Positions 58,701 through 64,000 of a stretch of 64,000 bases of DNA are shown here, one piece after another; the first letter of the stretch is position 1; each line of letters opens with the position of its first letter. The DNA is taken from assembly GCF_009914755.1 (NCBI RefSeq), contig NC_060930.1; one strand, 5' to 3'. The DNA is from the human T2T-CHM13v2.0 reference genome, Homo sapiens. Below the pieces are notes generated by a model. That model did no database searches and was not told the origin of the DNA. It worked only from the letters and a program-made list of their open reading frames with translations. The translations under genes and the position numbers were made by a program.

Positions 58701-61413
58701 AGGTAAAATCTGTAGTACAGATTTTAGTAGGTAAAACCTGTACTAATACTGGTGACCACTCAAGTGTGTAGAAATGTCAGTGGATATCAAAGTCACTCCA
58801 GAATTGTAATTCCCAAATCAAAGTACCCTTTCCTCTGATGGTCACCTTGGGGCAGGGTTTCTTCACTTTACAGCAATGAATCACTACAACATACTGTGAG
58901 GAATTTTACATATTTGTGCTTATTTGCTCCCCTAATTCAAACTCTAGTGGGAGGGAAGTACCACTACTTATCAGATTTTCACTGGCTCATAATCCAGATA
59001 AATTGAATAGCCCTTAGACTATTCCCTCATGCTTGCATAAATCTAGATTTACTATATCAAATTCTTCCTCAAGGTAGTTAGACTCAATCACTCAATTCAT
59101 ATGGCTGAGAAATATTTCTGACCCAAGTTTCTTATACAAACTAAAATGTTATGTTACACTAATATATCTTTAGCATTAATGCTAGTTATAGAAAATTAAA
59201 TTAAATTTCTATCATAAATTTATTTCAAGTCTTTGGAAAAAACACAGTCATACTACTTCCTACCTCACACCTAAACCTTATTCTATAGGAGTTCCTTCCC
59301 CAGGGTTCTTGAATTTCTGACAAATACGGTCATAAATAAGGAAAGACATCCCAGACCCCTACCACAGCTTACAAAAGTAACCAGAGGCAGTGCTATGCTT
59401 CTGGCTTTCCAGTGTGTGAATATAAATGCATTTTCCTATAGACACGTTACCATGCAGGTCCATAATTGTACATCCAATAAAAAAAAAACACTCCAAAAGA
59501 CAAATTATTTTTTATGCTTGATATAAACACCAAAAAGTTTTGCTGTAAAAACATTAATGTGTTTGATTATAGGGAGCTGCCCAAGACCGCATTGTAAACA
59601 TTTGTCCATTTACTGCTAATGCCAAGTTGCAGGGTTTCAGCTTACCTGCTCATTTATATGGTCACACACTACCACGGAAAGCAAAGGCTGCCTATAATTT
59701 AACAGTAAGAACCTTAGCAAGTGTGCTAAAGTCCTCAATACTAAACATCTGGCCATGAGGAAATATGCCATATTACTAACTCCCTAAAAGAGAAGGAAAC
59801 ACAAACTACCCTTGTACTTTATACAGGTCTATAGATTCCTAAACATCAGACCCATGTTTTTAAAAAAGGTCCATAAAATTTACCATAGCATCTATTGGAG
59901 AGATGTTTTTGAGAATTTCTTTCATTATATTACTGATTGTTCTTTTTTATAGGAGTCCTTGGGAAATGTTTCTGCCTCTTACCCTTAAGAACAGCTGTGC
60001 TTTTCCAGATCAAATGGTCACTGTGATTTATAAACCTGTTTAGTTTTCCTGGATTTTATTACCTGCATTATTGCATCAGTATTATTCTCAGTTTCTCTTT
60101 TTAATCCAACTCATATTTTCCTTCTCCTTTCTTACCAACCTGAAGTTTATATTATCTTGCTGGTTTGTGTTTATTTTTTTAAACATCTCCATGTAAAAGA
60201 GATTAAATCATTTATGAAACAGGAGGGCAAAGCTAATGAGATTCAGGAAATGCTAATCTCTAAGTACAGCACATTTAAAGCACATTTAAACAGTTAGACT
60301 AGAAATTATATATGGAAACCCAAATAAAGTGGCATTACATTTCCAACTTACTCTAGAAATGTTTCCAGAATCCTTTTGAAGTAGTTTGCCCATCTAATTC
60401 AGTTTGTTAATACCTTCAGCCATCTTTTCCTACTCAACATGTTTAAAACCAAACTCACTATTTAAGAAGTTACTTTGTCATCCTATGTGCTCAGATTCAA
60501 AACTGCCTGCTAGGAAAGTTATTTTGGTATATGACATCTGTTTATCCTCCAACCTTTTAGAATGATGTCCAGAACATTAAATGGGCTAAATTCTATTTTC
60601 ATGAGCCAATCAAAATTTATGCCCCCCAAAACCACTGTATATATTTTGATCAAATTATAAGAACTCTGCAACAGACAGTTCAATACTGTACATAAGAAGT
60701 CTTAATAAAAAAGTTGTTTCATTCATAATCCAGATCTCTGGTTTAAAATTAAATGGAATGTCTCTCAAATGTAGAAAAATATGAGAGTAAGTATGAAAAA
60801 AGGAGAGTAAATGATTTGATAAACCCAAAATAAGAAATATAATTATTAAACTATTTATCTGCTTATTTTCCTTCTGTATAGTATAATTCTGTGCAGAGAT
60901 AATTCTGAAGTAAATAGGCCCCTTTCAGAGCACAGACATGAAGGGATTTCTAAAGCCAGGAGCAGGGCCAAATTATATGGCTCTAACCTGATTCTTATAA
61001 GCACCACACTCTTACCAATCAAAAACTTTGAAGATCATAGCTTATTGAAATTTCGCATTAATATACATCAAAATCCTAAGTAACGTGAACAAAATAAAGT
61101 TAATGATGTTTATATTTCATGTAAATTGAAATTAGAGAAAGAAAAGGTAACAATTCTAATTAATATTTTAAATTTGACCAAGATCATTGGCAAGTAGTTT
61201 TTTGCTAAAATATTCAATAGCAAAAAAAAAAAAAAACATTTATTTTTGACAATAGAATGGCTATCAGCTATCCTAAAATATCATCATTAAAATTAAAGTG
61301 ATATTTATACTTTAGCATCCAATGAAAAAAACTAAAGTGACATGATAAGGAGGAAGGTTGTATTAATGTCATCAGTAAAGGGCATGAAAAAATGGACAAA
61401 TCAAACAGGTGCC

Positions 61414-61590
61414 CTTTTTTTTTTTAAAAAAAAAACAGTCTTGCTATTAATATGTTGCCTAAGCTGGAGTGCAGTGGCTAATCACAGATACAATTATAGT
61501 GCACTATAGCCTGAAATTCCCGGGCTTAAGTGATCCTCCTGCCTTAGCCACTCGAGTAGTTGGTACTACAGGCTCTTGCCACTGCGTCCT
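61414..61590 (-). mobile_element. Alu monomer (FLAM/AluJ-like)
   Basis: 'gctggagtgcagtggc...aagtgatcctcctgccttagcc...actacaggc'. Confidence 0.8.
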
Positions 61591-62244
61591 GCAAAATGTC
61601 TTCTATCTAGAGGAGAAAATTAGAGTAGTGGCAGTGATCAAAGAATGTGCTGACATTTTGAAACAAGCAATCTTATCTGTAATATGGAGGACAGTATATG
61701 CTAAGAGACAACTGTTTTTGTTATATTATTTGGGCAAAAAGAAACACTGCATAAAGAACCATAATCATTAGGCCTAAGGTAACAGGCTGAACATAAAATC
61801 AATTTGCTTTACTAATTTCAAAATATTTAATATTAATTACTAATATGGTCACTATATGACACTGCAATTTCTTAGTGTTTTAGAGAAGACCTAAAGAGTT
61901 CATCATCAATTTTAAACCATGACTAAATTCAAATTCCGACTATTTAACTATTCAATAATTGTGCTGAAAATGCACAGCCTTTTTATATTTAATGTATTTT
62001 AGCAATTTGTTTTAAGAAAACATTTTGCAGGCTACTACTAACAATGGATACAATTTTATTAAATATCAATTGCAACATTATAAAGCAAAAAAAGTATAAT
62101 TAGTCATAAAATATAACAAGAAATTATAAGTGTTGACAAAAAAGTTTGGTTTAAAACAAATGTACTTTAACATAATCTGGTTTGGTGAAGACCAAATGCT
62201 TTAAAGGAAATGCCAATGCAACATAAAACATTGACCTGGTGTTG

Positions 62245-63040
62245 ATTTCTTTTAATTTTTAATTTTGGTGGGTACACAGTAGGTATTTATGAGGTACATG
62301 AGATGTTTTGATACAGGCAAGCAATGAATAATAATCATATCAAGAAGAATGGGTTATCCATCCCCTCAACTGTTTGTTACAAACAATCCAATTATACTTT
62401 TACTTATTTTAAAATGTACAATTAAATTATTATTGACTAAAGTCAACCTGTTGTACTACCAAATAGTAGGTCTTATTCATTGTACCCTTTAACATCGCCA
62501 CCTCCCCATACCCACCCTACTACCCTTACCATACTCTAGTAACTATTGTACTACTCTTCAATTTCAATGATTTTCAATTCAATTGTTTTGAGTTTTAGAT
62601 CAGTTGTTTTGATTTTTAGATCTGATATGGTATGGCTGTGTCACCACCCAAATCTTATCTTGAATTGTAGCTCTCATAATCCCCATGTATTGTGTGAGGG
62701 ACCCAGTGGGAGGTAACTGAATCATGGAAGTGGATTTTTCCCATGCTGTTCTCATAATAGTGAATAAGTCTCACGAGATTTGATGGTTTTATAAAGGGTG
62801 GTTCCTCTGCATGCACTCTCTTGCCTGCTGCCATGTAAGACATGTCTTTGCTCCTCCTTCATCTTCCATCGTGACTGTGAGGCCTCCACAGCCATGTGAA
62901 ACTGTCAGTCCCTTAAACCTCTTTTTCTTTATAAATTACCCAGTCTCGGGTATTTCTTCATAGCAGTATGAAAATGGACTAATACGAGATCCCGCAAATA
63001 AGTGAGAACATGTGATGTCTGCCTTTCTGCACCTGGGTTT
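62245..63040 (-). mobile_element. L1MA 3' fragment interrupted by a THE1 solo LTR
   Basis: 'gtgggtacacagtaggtatttatgaggtacatgagatgttttgatacaggc'; resumes at 62992 'ccgcaaataagtgagaacatg'. Confidence 0.85.
62623..62986 (+). mobile_element. THE1D-like solo LTR
   Basis: tgatatgg...aaaatggactaatacg with a perfect 5-bp TSD agatc (62618-62622 / 62987-62991). Confidence 0.94.
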
Positions 63041-63281
63041 CTTAAAACTCTCAAAAGTAGAATTAACTCTTTCTCACTGGAACACTCTTTTGCTAATTCA
63101 GTAAAAATGTTCTGGAACAGCATTTCTCAAAGCAAGTTCTATTAATAATTGTTCTATGAAAGAATGGATCTGTGTTCAAGTAAGTTTGGAAAATGCTAAG
63201 TTTATAATGTTAAATAAATTAACCTTCCTGCAAAGCACTGTAATCTCTATTATATATATATTTTCCCCCAATGTGCTTCCT

Positions 63282-63440
63282 CTTTTTTTTTTTCTTTTTT
63301 TGAGATGAGGTATTGCTCTATAAACCCAGGCTGTAGTGCAGTGGCACCACCACGCTCACTGTAACCCCAACCTCTAGGGCTCAAGTGATCCTCCCACCTC
63401 AGCCTCCTGAGCAGCTGCACCCCCAGCTAATTTTGTTTAT
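63282..63440 (-). mobile_element. AluJ right-arm fragment
   Basis: PolyT followed by 'gagatgagg...ggctcaagtgatcctcccacctcagcctcc...cagctaatttt'. Confidence 0.85.
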
Positions 63441-64000
63441 TGTCTTTATTATATTGACATGAATTAGGAATCACTCTTAAAGATCAGACTACATGACCAT
63501 CTGAGTATAGAATTATGTCATTCATTCAGCAGCTCCCCAAAATATTGTTCTGCTACACACACACACACAAACACACACTGGGCCAACCTGTTCTAGAGTA
63601 TAATAAAAGTTTAAATTTCAAATATTTCTATTGTTTTCATTTTCACTCACAAAGTAAGAATACAGACAAAACAAAGACCTCCCAGAATCATAAAATTAAA
63701 TAAGCTTTTGGTTTTATCAAAAAGCTAACTACTGGACAAACTACATGTATCAAGATACTTTACATGGTATACTTCACAATATTAAAATTCAAATTTACTT
63801 TGAAAAGAACTTCCAAACTCTATAGAAGTAACAAACCTTTTATGTAAAAAAATAGTAAACTTTTTTTAGTTATGCATCTACATGGAAAAATATCAAAAAA
63901 TATATATTTATGTTAACAGATATCATTAGGAGATTTTTAAGATTCATATATGTAAAAATCTTATTGTTGGAATACAATACAAAAGTAATTTATCAAGAAT

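Overview
AT-rich primate (most likely human) genomic DNA lying entirely within the ASCC3 gene (Ski2-like helicase) on the minus strand. Only three coding exons are present: 33449-33613, 25996-26172 and 23383-23454. All are phase 0 and together encode 138 aa of the N-terminal helicase cassette, including TPEKWD, the DEVH box and the SAT motif. The rest is long intron filled with Alu, L1, L2, MIR, CR1, MaLR/THE1 and DNA-transposon relics, including a full-length L1PA in the gene's sense orientation and a complete THE1 element. I see no prokaryotic-type system, CRISPR array or RNA gene, and no convincing new protein-coding gene. The best leads are: (i) a complex templated insertion in a THE1 LTR copied from 4.2 kb away; (ii) a weak donor, short read-through ORF and polyA signal after the 72-nt exon, suggesting a truncated isoform; (iii) several strong-site cryptic exons, including a 138-nt in-frame one and a 41-nt poison-type one; (iv) a twin-primed L1 with a duplicated 5' junction; (v) enhancer-like non-repeat islands; (vi) recurrent perfect hairpins. 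Repeat subfamily names come from visual recognition, and the boundaries of old repeats are approximate.
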